From Chromera velia (lineage: Eukaryota): DNA of 53,849 nt. The notes beneath the pieces were generated by a model. It saw only the letters and a program-made list of their open reading frames with translations. It had not been told where the DNA came from and did no database searches. A program made the translations under genes and the position numbers. Location of the stretch: assembly GCA_018398765.1 (NCBI GenBank), contig JAHBMJ010000151.1, positions 1 through 53,849 on the forward strand, in the 5' to 3' direction. Below, in pieces: positions 1 through 15,300 of this stretch. Each line of letters starts with the position of its first letter. The stretch's first letter is position 1.

Positions 1-2
1 AG

Positions 3-1781
<1,779 letters not shown>

Positions 1782-1838
1782 CTTGCCTGCTCTGCCTCTT
1801 GCATGGATTGATTCATGTGTTCGATGTATGCCAATCCA

Positions 1839-1849
1839 TGGGGGGTGAT
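1839..1849 (+). promoter_or_regulatory. polypurine tract (plus-strand primer) of the copia element
   Basis: GGGGGG-TGAT about 60 nt after the pol stop, immediately before the TGTGAAG LTR start. Confidence 0.65.
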
Positions 1850-2119
1850 TGTGAAGTTGAGCAGGCGTGCATGCGATCGGGAGACGGCGCGCGCCGGGAC
1901 CGACATGCCCTGGCCGGGCCCGGGACGCACGGCTCACGCGGATCCATGTTGCAGAGTCGAATCAATTGCATCCGATTGATCATTTAAGATTGACTGACCT
2001 TTACACAGAAGTCGGAATCAGCCGATCATTCCGACTTCCTTGACTGACAGACTTTCCTATAAAGTAGATGTCCCTTCCCTGATCGTAGCCTAAGCCTCCT
2101 ATATTCTACATCTCTGACA
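1850..2119 (+). repeat. putative 3' LTR (about 270 bp)
   Basis: Starts TGT right after the PPT and ends ...CTGACA at 2119 (alternative end ...TTCTACA at 2110). Contains TATAAA at 2058-2063. The 5' LTR is not in the window, so the right boundary cannot be confirmed. Confidence 0.55.
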
Positions 2120-2720
2120 GGCCGAGGCGTGCCCGGTCTAAGCCACTTTGATGGCTAGGTCTGCCAAAAGTTTATTGAAAAAAAAAAAGAAAAAAAAATT
2201 AAAATAGGCGAAGAAAAATTCTTTTTTTTTTTTTTCTAGTTTTTTTCTCATCCCACTGGCACGCCTACCCACGCCTAGCTTGTGTGCCTCCCCGAAAACT
2301 TGGAGCTAGACTTAAAGAGGCAACAGGCAAATAGAAATTCACCTGAGTGAGGGTTTATCATTACCAATCTGCCTTGCATGTCGTGACTTGCCGAACGCTA
2401 AACACCTATTATAGGCCGATGGTGATGACATATAATGATGATGATGACACACGTGACGCCCCTAAAGCTTTAGGAGAAGCTACTTCTACTAAGGATACAG
2501 ACTTATACAGTTTATCATACAGAGACTTAATTGACCTCGCACACAAACAAATAAATGGAACCCTAAAGTATGTCCAATGGAATGTTTGGTAAAAAAGGAC
2601 TTAGTACCGGACTGTGGTCCTGGGTCCGGACATTTTGACTTACCTTTTTAAAAAGTTAACTTACCATTTTAAAAAAGTTTGGTTGGTGGATCTCAAGAAT
2701 TAAGTGTATAGAGTATGAAG

Positions 2721-3216
2721 TGAAGTTGTTAAATACCGTATACCGGTTATAACCGGTCGTTTTTGACCCCTAAATAACGATATTTGGTATTTAAACTTAC
2801 CGTTTTAAATATATTTAAGCAACATCAGTGCTAGCCTGTTGACCTATACATAAAAATTAAAATTGATACGAAATGATTCGTATAAAACTCGCGGTGTCTG
2901 TCTCTGACACTCTCCGTATTCAAGTGATCCGGCCCATATGATCATCCAGGCATGATACAGTTAGTAGAAAGACTGCTGGTATTCACCGATTTAATGGTAA
3001 CTACTCTCCGTTTTTAGGTCTTTTAAGCCTTCATGAACTCTTCTGAACGATATATGTTCCGCAAAACATACCCGATCGATTTTAGGTCGTTGGCCTTGAA
3101 CTCCTCAGGAGTTGATTATAAATACTTAGATAAATACCTTATACCTTAATTCGGTATTTGACCCCCAAATAACGGTTATCGGTATTTATCCTCAGCGGTA
3201 CTATTTAACAACTCTA
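2721..3216. mobile_element. non-autonomous hAT-like DNA transposon (MITE), 496 bp
   Basis: 15-bp TIRs TGAAGTTGTTAAATA (2721-2735) and TATTTAACAACTCTA (3202-3216; revcomp TAGAGTTGTTAAATA) match 13/15. Perfect 8-bp TSD GTATGAAG at 2713-2720 and 3217-3224. Subterminal repeats TTTGACCCCYAAATAACG at 2762-2779 and 3157-3174. Palindrome ACCGGTTATAACCGGT at 2742-2757. No ORF. Confidence 0.8.
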
Positions 3217-4915
3217 GTATGAAGCTAGGTATGAAGCTAAAAATTTGTGTTCAAATTAAACGGGCTTAAAAAAAAGGCAAACACTAACTTTCAAAAGCCT
3301 TTACCAATTTTTTCTCAGCTATTTTGGCTAAGTTCCTACTAAGTTCGGCCATGCAGTCAGCATCAATCACTATAGATTAATCAGCCATCCAGCCAAGGGG
3401 TCATTTTTGGCTTAGCTTTAATGCTAAACCAATTTAACATCTCTGACCATGTATGTGTGAGTTTTTGCGGTAAGTTTGCTAGCAGTGCAATGAGAGTCTT
3501 TCAAGTGAGAAAGAGCAATCATGTGCAAGCCTGCAATGCTTTAACGGAAGTCAAAAAGGGTCTCCAAATCCGCNCCCCTGTTGGACCTCAGCAAGGACCT
3601 CTAGTAGCCCACCGCCACCAAGTCCCCCTGCAAGTCCCTTCTTTCACCGCCACTAGGTGAGAGGAATGCAGATGTCATTAGACGTCCGTAAGAACCGCGC
3701 TGCCCAAGAATGTGCGAGTGCAAGGTGCTCTGCAGAGAAACTTGCAAAAGCACCCGCCTACCCCCTCTGACCCACCCAGTCGCCAACAGTGCGCCTTCAG
3801 GCAGACATGCACCCGACACTGACCCTTCCCTTTCCCCCCCTCTTCTTCATGAAGCTGACACAAAACAAATTTTCTTGTGGCAGAGGCAGAGACATGCACA
3901 TAGTGATGCAGTGATATGTCGCGTGAGAGAGGAGACCCACATCACAGTGGAGGGCAGCACAAACAGGGAAACATCCCTCTTCTCTTCCTGTTCACGCGCT
4001 TTTTAGATTCAATATTCCTGTTACCCGTAAGTTCGTTTCAAAAGGGTATACAAGGGAGAAGGGAACAAAAGAGGGACAAGAGTTTCAAGAGGGCGAGGAA
4101 ACCCTGATACAACCGGCTGCGAACCCAACAGCAGACCGCCCAGACGGAATATAGACAGAACAAAAAGGGATCGAAGAAAGAAAGGAGAGGACAGGACGCC
4201 CGAGTCAGTCAGTCAGTCAGTCAGTCGGTGTGTGCAGGGGAGGATGTCGAGGAAAGAGAAGAGAAGACAACGGAAGTCGAGAGGTCAATTGAGGCAGACA
4301 GGCAGGCAGGCATAATTCCTCTGTACTTTCTATGAGAAGGAATCGAGAGGACCCTGTCTTTCTTCCTTCCTTCCTTTTCTCGATCGCCTAGAGCTCCGTG
4401 ATCCTTCCTGGATTCCTTTCTGCCTCTGTCCCCCCCACCCCCCCTCCCGTCGACCGATCGAGTTCTCTTCTTTCCCTCCTCGCCTTCTTGCTCTCTGTAT
4501 GGGAGGGGGATGGATGAACCGAGTCCCCCCCTCTTGCATGCATGGTATCACCCCGGCCCGACATCCACCGATTCGATCAGTTAGTTCCCTTGTTGCACTT
4601 GCTTATCGACCGTCTGTTCGCACGCACACAAAGGAGAAAACCGATCCGTCCGGTTAGGAATCTGTCCTCCATGCAAGCAAATTGCTTTTCTTTAATTAGT
4701 TGGGAGCGATTCTTGACAAAGTATCGAATTGGTGAGTCGGTCCGTCAGGCATCAGGAGGGAGCACGGGACGAGAGAGAAGGTTCCACCTCCGCCCGTGGC
4801 CTTGACGGATGCTCTCGAAACCGGTGAGCACGTTTCTGCATTCAATCATGCAGGGACCGCTGGGCGTTCGATCATTATTCATTCATTCGTTCATTCATTC
4901 CTTCAGCACAATCTT

Positions 4916-6264
4916 TCAGTAGGCACGTTTTCCATCAAATTTCCGATCGAAATGGCCCCATCGGCAGCCGGAGAACTTCTGCAGAGATCGGCCACTGCAT
5001 TTATTCACGTGCATGACATTGTGTGTGGGCAGACTTTGCTGACAAACCCACCCTCGCTGGACGCACGGCAGACACACAGAGTAGGTCTGACTTGCAGATC
5101 ATCGGGAGGGAGACCTCAAAAGACCAGTACCGCTGACTGGTTTCCATGCATTAAATGACATTCAATCGGTCATTTAATCATTGACTGACCCATTCATTCA
5201 TTCATCCATTCCGTCTTTGAAATTTGTTTGTACTTGTTTGCAAATTTCCGGTCAACTTGCTGTCAGTGACTGACTGACCCTTTCGGCAGACTCATTTCCC
5301 CAGACCAGGAATCACCATGCCAGTCCAATTTGTGCTCGTCTCCCAGCAGTGCCGTGTTTTCTTTGATGTTGCAACATCTGCATTTACATGCATGCAACTA
5401 GTCGGTGTGTTGATCGTCGGTTTTTCTTCTGCATGAAATATTTTCTGTTTTGCGCTTTTGGCGCTGCTCAAAAAACAAAACACACCAACCTTGGAATTCG
5501 ACTGAAAGTTAGGAGGAGAAGAAGAACCGTGGCAGCTCTGACGTTGCACCATTCCCCGGAATTTCGTGGTCTCTTTCTCTGCGATGTGTCAGTCTGTGAA
5601 TGTGTCTGGGTGTTTGTGTGTGTGCGTGGGTATTTGTGGATGTAGCGAGCGAGACTGCGCACCGTACAGCTGCCTCCATCGAAGCCGACCACTGAGGCTG
5701 CATGCGCGCTCCGACTGAGGCCGACCGATGCCTAATTATGATGTGAGCATTCTGCTGCTCCCTGCCTGGTTCATCTGTTCTCCTTCAATGCCATTTCCCC
5801 CTCCCGTGATGCTGCGCGCGTGCGTGTCTGTCTGAATCGATTGCATGACTCACGTGAGCCCGTACCACCGGTCTTCGTGATAGTCACTGTGCTCCGAGAT
5901 GATGCGGCAGATGATCCGATTGTCGGGGCATCGCTGGGTCCACGTCACCCGTTGATCATTCGGCCCTCCCCAATGGGTCCTGGGCATCTCGATGAAGTCG
6001 TCGAAGTCGACCTCGGGTCCGTTCTTCATCTCGCCGCACTGCAGACACGCAGGCAGGCAGGTAGGCAGCAAACAAGAAATGGAAGTCATACATATATGCA
6101 TATATATGTATATAGTACACATTGTCACATGTGTGTGTGCGTGCGTGTGTGAGGGCTTATATTCATATGTGTCCTCGTTGAGCTGGTGGCCTTTCTCCAT
6201 CTCGCCACAATGCAGGCAGCAGTCAACACACGTAAGTCATTATAATCACCATCAGATCGCGCAG

Positions 6265-6314
<50 letters not shown>

Positions 6315-6325
6315 CACACACACAC

Positions 6326-6422
<97 letters not shown>

Positions 6423-7356
6423 TCACACGCCGCGAACCTCTGTATATGTATACACGGTGTCTATACACATACATGTACATGTATACATTTTTTTTTTCAT
6501 ATGTTCCCATGTCGAGCTCGGGACCTCTCTCCATCTCGCCAGAGTGCAAATGCACAAAAAGGAAGAGGAATTAAGTGTTCGACTGCGTCAATCAACATTC
6601 TCTATCTCTCTCTCTCACACACACACACCTACACGCAGCCATCAATCTCCCCATCCTGATCATATACCAGTCCCCTGTCATGATGAGCGCCCTGCCTAGC
6701 TGCCCGTCTTTGGGAATTCACAAAAACAAACAAACGAACGAACAGCAGACAATCTCCGTGCTGACCCTCCACTTCATGCGATCGTCCCAATGGTGATCGT
6801 TCATGGTCCATGCGAAGCCCACTATCGCGTTCCCGATGCGCATCTTGTCTGACTCTGAGCCGTCCTTCATAGCCTCGGAGTGACGGTGGGACTCCAGGCC
6901 AACGGCAGGAGAGACCTTCACCTCGTGCGACGTGCCGTTGACAGTCGCATTGCTGTCAGACTGATCGAGCATCAGACCCTTCACCTTCTTGCAGTCATCC
7001 AGCCTGCACGCAGAGACAAAGTGAGGAGAGGGTATTTTAGTAGCATGCGAAAATATACCCGAAGTCCCTTCGTCTCTCCGTTGAACTTCATCCCCTCATC
7101 TCTCTTTCTCTCTCTCTCTCTTTTTCTCTCTCAAACGCAAAGAGCATTCATGAATATATACAACAGATCGAAATACATATTCATACAAACACATCCCTGC
7201 ACATGCAGGCATGCATCCGCGCACTGACCTGAAGTCCATCCATCCGTCCCACCAGTTCACCCAGTCAGTCCAGTCGGTGAACGGGACGACCTGGATCGGC
7301 TTGCTGAACGTCGGAGGCTTGCACCCGCCTCCGGTGAATTCCTCAATGATGAACTC
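4916..7356 (-). CDS. C-terminal dermatopontin / amebocyte-aggregation-factor-like domain (part of giant gene)
   Basis: [14 protein letters not shown] ... [14 protein letters not shown] ... [31 protein letters not shown] ... HFDRKF, i.e. repeated N.WD..M.F and S.H...EDR.W...CC motifs (exons 7229-7356, 6766-7003, 5854-6038, 5279-5377, 4916-4978). Confidence 0.72.
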
Positions 7357-10300
7357 CTGCATGCAGGCATTGCATGTTGAATTAATATGAACAAGTAGAT
7401 ATCAAAACATCGATCAATCAGATTCGGACAACATTCATCCCCAGTACACTCAATTGTGATTCGTCCCCAAACGTTTGTCGACGACCTCCTATCGATAGCG
7501 GTTCACCCCGAGTACAGTAAACGAAAGAGAGCATCGCACGAGTGAGTCTGCACACCCATCCGCAAACTGATAAACAAAGACATGCACTTCTCTAATGGAA
7601 GGAAGGAAGATCATCGCGGCAAAAACAAAAAGAAGAAACGTGGAAGCCAGACTGATCTGCTCAATGGACGTATTCTACAGTCAAGACGTAAATGGAGGGG
7701 GGGGGGGATGAAGACATGCAGATGGCCAATTCCTCAGCCCCCCCCCCCAAGAATTCATCCACAAACAGACTGACAGCGTCAGTAAGTCAGCAACACACTG
7801 CTCTCTCCCAAAATGAATGCATGACATGAAAAAAAGAAAAATAAACTCGACGTACACAACCAGCACCCGCCCGCCCCTGCCGGAGAGGAATGCGGCCGGT
7901 GTCCGAAGACGAGAGGCTGCATGTTCCGGTTTCCTTTCGCTCTCTCTTTTCTTGGAGTACTATTTTATGCATCTATGTACGTATATACCAGTGTGTCCAA
8001 GAAATACGCGCTCACGTGCCGACTAGAGTATATACATGCATGCATTTATGGCCTTCTGTCTGTCTGTCTGTCCTGTATGCATCTATGTGTATGTATGCAC
8101 GTACGTATGCGTGAAGAACCGTGCACTGACTTGTTCCGCAGAGGAGTCGCAGGGCCTGAAGACCAGCGGCGTGCCCTTCTCGCAGTCAGGGCTCGCGGTC
8201 GACAGGCACATCATGTCAAACCTGATCGAATTAATGAGCATCGCATGCGAGCGGAGGACGAGGAGGAGTGACTGATGCATGCGCAGGTAGGCCAATGAAT
8301 GAACGCACTGCTCGATCATTCCTTACAGCTGCATGCAGTCAGAGCTTACAGATCTTATATTTGTGTCACACACACACCCCTGGTCACAGCTACTGTCCTT
8401 GTCCACGTCTGAGCAGACTGGCTTCTGCATGCACGAATGCATGCATCTGCCTGTCTGCATATATAACTGCACGCATGGCCGGTACACAAGAAGCAAAAAC
8501 TGAATGCACGCATCCACGACCCACCTGGTCACTGTGTCCCTATCCTCGCTTGAGTAGACCGGCTTCTGCCACTGCACGTGCCTGCCGTCCCACTGAACCG
8601 TGCTGGCCACTGGTCTAGAGAGCATCTTGACGTCTCTGTAGACGGCCTCCCTCTGTTCGTCCGAGAGCGGAGCGTCGGTGAAGGACCCAGTGAAATTGAA
8701 GTCGGGAGAGGGACTCAGCGCATCCTTCGCAATCGAAATCTGCACGCGTTCATGCAGGCATGCATGCGTGTGTAAGAAGCCTTATTGATAAGATTCCACG
8801 AACATGCTATCGACTCGTACAAAGAATTGCTTCCACTTGAGCCTTAAAGTCTCCTACGTCAATGCATTCATGGATGCAGTCATTGCGAAAATGAAGGACC
8901 AAAATGCATCATTCAGAAAATCCGTAAAACCACGAAACCATTCACTCGCACTATCTATCTATCTATCTATCTATCTATGTGCCCGCCGCCCAGCCTGAGG
9001 GCCTCTCCATCAATCACCTCGAAACCCAGGTCCTTCTCTTGTCGTTGCCAATGCAGTACACCAATCACAAACAACTAAACCACCCCCCCACACACCTACT
9101 TACGTCTAGACTGCGGTACCTCCTCTGGGCGTTGTTGTTGGTTCCGGCGGCAGGCGGCACCATCAGATACTCGAGCATGTTGTCTGCCAGTTTCGCCTCG
9201 TCCCTGCACTTCGCAGTCGACAGGAGGAAGGTCTCATCCATCGTATAGTACGCGTAGCAGCCCTCCATGTTCATGTCGAAATCGGTTCCAAACGGGGGGA
9301 TGCACTTCTGCTTCGCCGGGGCCTCCTCGGAAGAGAGCGCGCGAAGACAAAGGCTGTCGTCCCCCTTGCTCTCCAGGGTCCGCCGGAAAAAGTTCAGGCG
9401 GGCCTGCACGTCGTTGCACCCCACGAGCTCGAGACTGTTCTCCTTGATCCCCACGCACGTCGCAACCTGCAGGAGATTATCCATGTTGTAAATTCACAAT
9501 GACACTCAGAGAGATGACCGATGATGATGGGAGAAAGGAGCAATGAGATCAGAGGGATCGAGGCCTTTCTCCACAATGTAGACGGCCGCCGAAATCTGTA
9601 TGCAGCTAGGTCTTTGGTGCACCCCCCTGTCATGCAATCTGTCAATACGTTGATCGGCACGGTGACCGCCTTTCTTTTGTTGAATCTTCCTTCCTTCCGT
9701 TCTACAGATGAATGGATGGTCTAACTTCCCTCCCTCCCTCCCTTTATATTTCGTCTTCTTCCGTCCTTTTTCTTTCTCTTCGTGTGTATGGACCTTGGTG
9801 TTCTTTAATTTTGTACGGATTCGTTTTCCACGATCCGGTATGTATGAATGTATACATGCACATGATATTTCTCTAGCTCTCACTGACCTCCCTGGGAGCC
9901 TTCTTGAACCTCAGCCGGAAGGTTCCCTTCGGCAGGGGAGTGATCGACCGAACAACCTGCACGCATGTGTGGCCGTGCACCCATGCGTAATCTGATTGCA
10001 TGTCCACGCACAAAAGAAAACACAACAAACGAACCGACAAACGATCGAGCAATCCGCCCTAACCCCCACCAAAAAGCGAAGGGCCCAGAGGAGACCCGCA
10101 GCCAGCATGGGGGGAGCAAGAGGCCCCAGCAGAAGAACAAAACTTAGCACGCACCTCGAAGCACTCGCTCTCTCAGAGTCTACATAAACCACATGTACAT
10201 GCGATAGCCGTCCACTGATCATTGACTGTCATTCACACACATGCATGTACGCATGCTTGCACCCATGCAGTTACCTGTATGGACTCTACTGTGACGATGT

Positions 10301-10550
10301 TGGTGTCCCTGGAATCCTGGAAGAACTCCCTTTCCACCATTGTCCCGGCATTGTCCGTTCCCGTCATGCGCACCAGGTGGCATCCAGAGGAGAACTTCAC
10401 GCTCTTCGGCTTCTTTCTGTCTGCCATCGAGTCCGCGGTAACGTTCTGCATGCATGCACGAAGTGCCGACCTTAATTCAGAGCCTTGTGACATTCATTAT
10501 CAGTTGGTCAACAAACGCCTCGTTCTTTTTCTTTCTCTAAATAATAAAAG

Positions 10551-10585
<35 letters not shown>

Positions 10586-12269
10586 ATATCATAGTTTTTA
10601 CAATATACATGCATACATGTATACATTCCATACGATCACTTGGTCAACGAAGACTTCATTCGGTTCCTTTTGTAACTCCAGCAAACTACGTCGCTCGTGT
10701 TCATGCAACCAGAGGTTTTCTTTTGCACACAATCCGACCCCCTTGATTTTCTGCGTTCTGAATTCTCACCTCTGATTTTCTTTTCTCATCCTGATTTATT
10801 CTTTCTCATCCACTCATTCTCTGCTATCAATTCGCCCCATGCATATAGTACATACATGAATAAATACATATACAGTCCATCATGTGCGCACCTCGTCTTC
10901 CTCTTCTTCGCCCTCAATCCGCGCCATCACCGCAGAGAGGTCATCCTTGTCGGGCACGAAGTTGAGCGGGTCGTTCGGCTCGACGCCGAGAATCCCCTCA
11001 CTGAGCTTCACATTGTGACCGTTGAAGTCGGGGAGCGCGTAAACCTCCGCGAAACATTTCACCTGCATGCGTGCACAGAGTGTTTCGTTCATATTGATGT
11101 TCGCTGCCTTCGATCACTGAAGATACCAAACAGATGGTTCGACTCGACCTAGACCGTCAAACACTGCATGCATGGAAGCGAGCCCCGGCCGGTCCTCTGC
11201 ATTACCGCTTTTGCATGCGTGTATGCGTGCCCCTCGATAGATCAGATAACAACAGTCCGACGGCTGACCTCGCACTCCTTTCCTCCGTTGCCCCACGCGA
11301 GAATGTTTCCAACGGAGTCGTACCTGCACAGGAAGCAAGGAAAATACAGCGAACACCACGCGACATACATATATACGTATATGTACGTGCCCATATATGT
11401 ACACTCAGACGAGCAGAGTGGATTTATGAGTGACCCTCGATGCTCTGCAAACTAAGCAGACGTGCCTTCATATGCAGAAACACACGACTTACCCACCTAG
11501 CTGTCGTGTGTGGATTAAATGTCTACGCGCACGCAGATGCACACACGATCTTTTCAAACACACTTGCAGCACCATGGCTTTTGTACGAACATGCAAACGA
11601 CCACTCGCTCACTTGCAGTTGGTTCCAGGGATCAGCCCCCGAGCCTTCAGGTAGTCCGTGAGCGCCCTGCCGATATTCGACTTCAGGTTCTCGAACTGCC
11701 CCTCGACCTTGCTCTTGAATCGCTCGGCTTCCTTCTCGTCTAGGTTCTCCCTGAACCAGGTCACCACAGACATCGCCTGCTGCCTGCACATCAGATCGAC
11801 AACCTCTCTTTTCGGTGTCTTGCAGTGGCACTCAGCAGAAGATGTCTTGGGACCAGTCAATTGTGTCGTTACAGTGCCCGAATTTCGATGTGCATGTACA
11901 TGGGACCGACTTGCAGGCAGAAGAAGGCAAACGAAATTCAATCAGTGCGAGTTGTATCTCTTGTCTGTCTCACATAGAGTGGGAGAGACTGTGCTACAGT
12001 AACTGTACAGGCGAAGCATGCCCATCTTCTCGACCAGACCATTCATCCATGAAGTTGCTTGCATGCTGGCTGACCTGAATCCCAACTCGAATGCCTCCGA
12101 CCAGTCAATGGTGCTGTACCGAACCTGCACAGCAAACGCAGAAGCACACAAATTACAATCCCTAACACACACACACACACACACACAAACGCTATCACAT
12201 GTGCACACACAAACGCGCGCGCACACACACACACACACACACGCATGCACGCGCGCGCGCGCGCGCGCA

Positions 12270-12302
<33 letters not shown>

Positions 12303-15300
12303 GCACGCACAAAGACAAAGAGAGTATAAAAGAGTACACGGGTTTCCGGATGAAGTCTAGCTCAATGTCGGCGTACAAAATCCGCAGAGTGCGTGCAATG
12401 AAACGAAACGAAATTCTTTTTTCGCAAGCTCCAGAAAGTATCCATGGGTCCATGCATGCAGAGTCAAGGGAAACTGTCAGAATGCGCAACTCTTCTTTCC
12501 TTACGCCGAGTCTGTCTGAATTCTTCGGTTGAATTAAGGAGCAAAAATGCAAGTACTATACACTCACGCATGCATGCATGCATGCATGGGAAAGAAAGAG
12601 AAAAGGAACCCACAGGCATGGGGAGGGAGTGTGCGGAGTCTGCCCAGCCCGGCCAGTCGGTGTCGTCTCCCTGCGGAATTCCCCCCACGACTGTGTTCTC
12701 GATCCTGGACACGCTCTTCTGGATGGCGTTCTCGACAGCGCCCTCCTTGTGCATCATGGTGTTGTGGTTGTAGTACGCGCTAAAGCTGCAAGTCGAATTC
12801 AGGTGTATCAGAACTGATATGGCTTGCATGCAGTCAAAGTAATCAATGGATTCATTAGTTCAGCAGTACATCTATGACTATGATATTCTTTCATGCAGTC
12901 AAGTAAATGGATCGATCGAACCTGAAGGAGAGATAGAGAGACCAGATAGCGATCCACCCTAAGAAGACTTCAATCAGGAAGAGCCCAACATGCAACGGTC
13001 AGTTTGTTGATCAGAGTCACTGTGCCATGGTAAATTTGACATGCGGAACCTGTACATATGCACACAGTCACGAGGGAACTACGGGCAAGTACGAATAAAC
13101 CAGACATGCAGAACCTATACGCACAGTCAGGAGGGAAGCACGGGCAAGTACGAATAGACCAGACATGCAGAACCTATACACACACTCAGGGGGAACTACG
13201 GGCAAGCAGGAGTAGACCAGACTCACGCCCAGTCAACCGCGCCAGTTCCAGTGAGCGAAAGGGGGTTCTTCTTCAGACCCGAGCTGGAGCCAGAGGACTC
13301 GAGCGGAACGTCGCCCGACTCAGCTGGGGAGGCGAGCAACGCACTGGCTGATCTTCCGCTTGTTGCGGTGGCATCGTGGGAGCTGCTGCCCAGAGCGAGC
13401 ATGGCCTCTGCCCTCCTGTTGGCGTCGTCGACGTCGTCAGGCAGGTTCATGAAGGATGTGGACCACACGCGCTCACACCTGAAGGTATGCATCACACAGA
13501 ACGAACAAGTGAGTGTACATGCAGGATAGGACAGTTGGATTCTTACACAAACATGTTGCACAGTGTATGCTTCAAGTGATCATGTGATACAACATGATAC
13601 AACAGGGGGCTGCATGCCGGCGGGCAGAACAGACGTACATGTTCTACGGTATTGGAAGATGCAGAAGAAAGAAACTCCGGTATGAAGTCGAGTGACACTT
13701 GAGTATTAACAAAAGAAAGACAGCTAGGGGACGGAGCGGACGAAATGCTGTCGTAAGGGGGGGTGCAAAAAGCATTTCTTTTCTGTTTCCCTTCAGACGG
13801 CAAACCACAACGCATGAGGGAGAAAGGATTCAGACATTCACACGCTTTCAATGGGGCCGGAACCAGAGACATGCACACACTCTCAAGGTAATTTTTGAGG
13901 TTGAATCTCCACCGAGTGACTTGAACACCATTCATGAACAGATATGCAGAACGACGAAAAAATCTTGCTGCACGCGTACCTCTTGCTCTCTTCATCAGGG
14001 GACGAGAGCCGGTGGCTGAGCGCAGAGGTCGTTGGCAATGCCCTGCTGCCGTCCTCAGAACTAGAAGAAGAGTCTGCATGCCATTGGGCTGCCCCAGCGG
14101 ATCTGGAGCTGCTGCCGCCCTCTTTCGCCCGGGGCTCCCCGCTGGCCTCCCGGGTGCCCTTTCCCCTTTCGTTCTTCGAGACGGAGAGGAGTTCCTCCAC
14201 CCGCCCCTTCTCTTCCTCTATGGCGGAGTCCAGTGCAGCCAGCCTCTTGCTCAGCCCCTCCGGGGAACGAGTCTGAGCAGCCTCCGTACCTGCATGCAAT
14301 AATGATGGCAGGGGAAGAGATGAAGATGAAATTCACACGGAGAGCTAAGCTGCCCCCACGCAGCAGATAGATAGATAGATAGATAGATAGAGCACTCCCT
14401 ACTTTCTCTGGAGATTGAATAAATGCACGAATCAAGGAATGGATGAATGTGTCCTCTGCCTTTCGCGCCCGAGGACACAAAGAAAGTGGCCTGCCAAGAG
14501 GAGAATCACTAAATTAGTTACTGAACAAAGAACGAATGAATGCATGAATGAGCGATCTCGACTGACCCCCTGTCTTCAGATCCTCGCCCTCCAGTGGCAG
14601 AGGAAACGGAGGAAGAGAACTTCCCGTCAGGGAGTGGAGCGTTGTGGAGAGCCGCTCGTGTCTCTGCAGACAGCCAGGTATTCATTCACGCATGCAGGCA
14701 TGAATTCTTGCTGTAACATGCACGAACGAATCAATCCGCGTTTGAATCGAAAATAACAGTTTCTTTGTCCGACTTCTTGGAGTGTTGCTAAGAGCCGCTC
14801 GCGCTTCTGCAGGTCGGCAGGGCAATTCTTTCCTTTGTTCCTTCCTTGTTGCTCTCACAGACAGAAAAGCGATTGGTTCAATCACGCCATACATCATCGC
14901 GCCGGCCTGCATGCATGCCCCTGTGCCCTCTCTCTGTCGACACGAATGCATTAATTGTGCATGCTTGTACCGATACAATGCATATAGTACTTTAGACTGC
15001 CAGCTGACTTCAGCCTTCTGGAGTAGCATCTCTCCGAGGGAAGCCTTGACGCCCACATCTCGGATCGATGAACCGCTCTGCTTCTTTTCGGACTTCTTGG
15101 GCATCGCTGCCTCCACGTCATCGCCCTTCTTGATGATGCAGTACGCGGTGTTGCACGCCTCCTGCAGGGAGAAAGGGAGGGGAGGGGACCGAACGAAAGG
15201 ATAAGCAGGATTAAGCTAGCCATCGTGCAGTAAAGAGACGACACAGACACCAAAGGCCCCCGAAGGAGACGCTGCACTGACAAAGACGCATTCCTTCTCT

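Noticed and set aside
3421..4805. Short ORFs between the TE cluster and the gene 3' end (e.g. 3710..4006)
   Set aside because: No recognisable motifs or consistent splice structure; likely intergenic or 3' UTR.
5468..5810. Candidate terminal exons at about 5640-5700 and 5740-5810
   Set aside because: Exon 5279-5377 joins in phase and restores the [10 protein letters not shown] dermatopontin motif, so these segments are treated as intronic.
5992..6699. His/Thr-rich or Cys/Val-rich ORFs (also at about 12.0-12.5, 17.5-18.3, 23.4-23.9 and 40.0-40.6 kb)
   Set aside because: These are (CA)n/(TG)n microsatellite translations, not metal-binding proteins.
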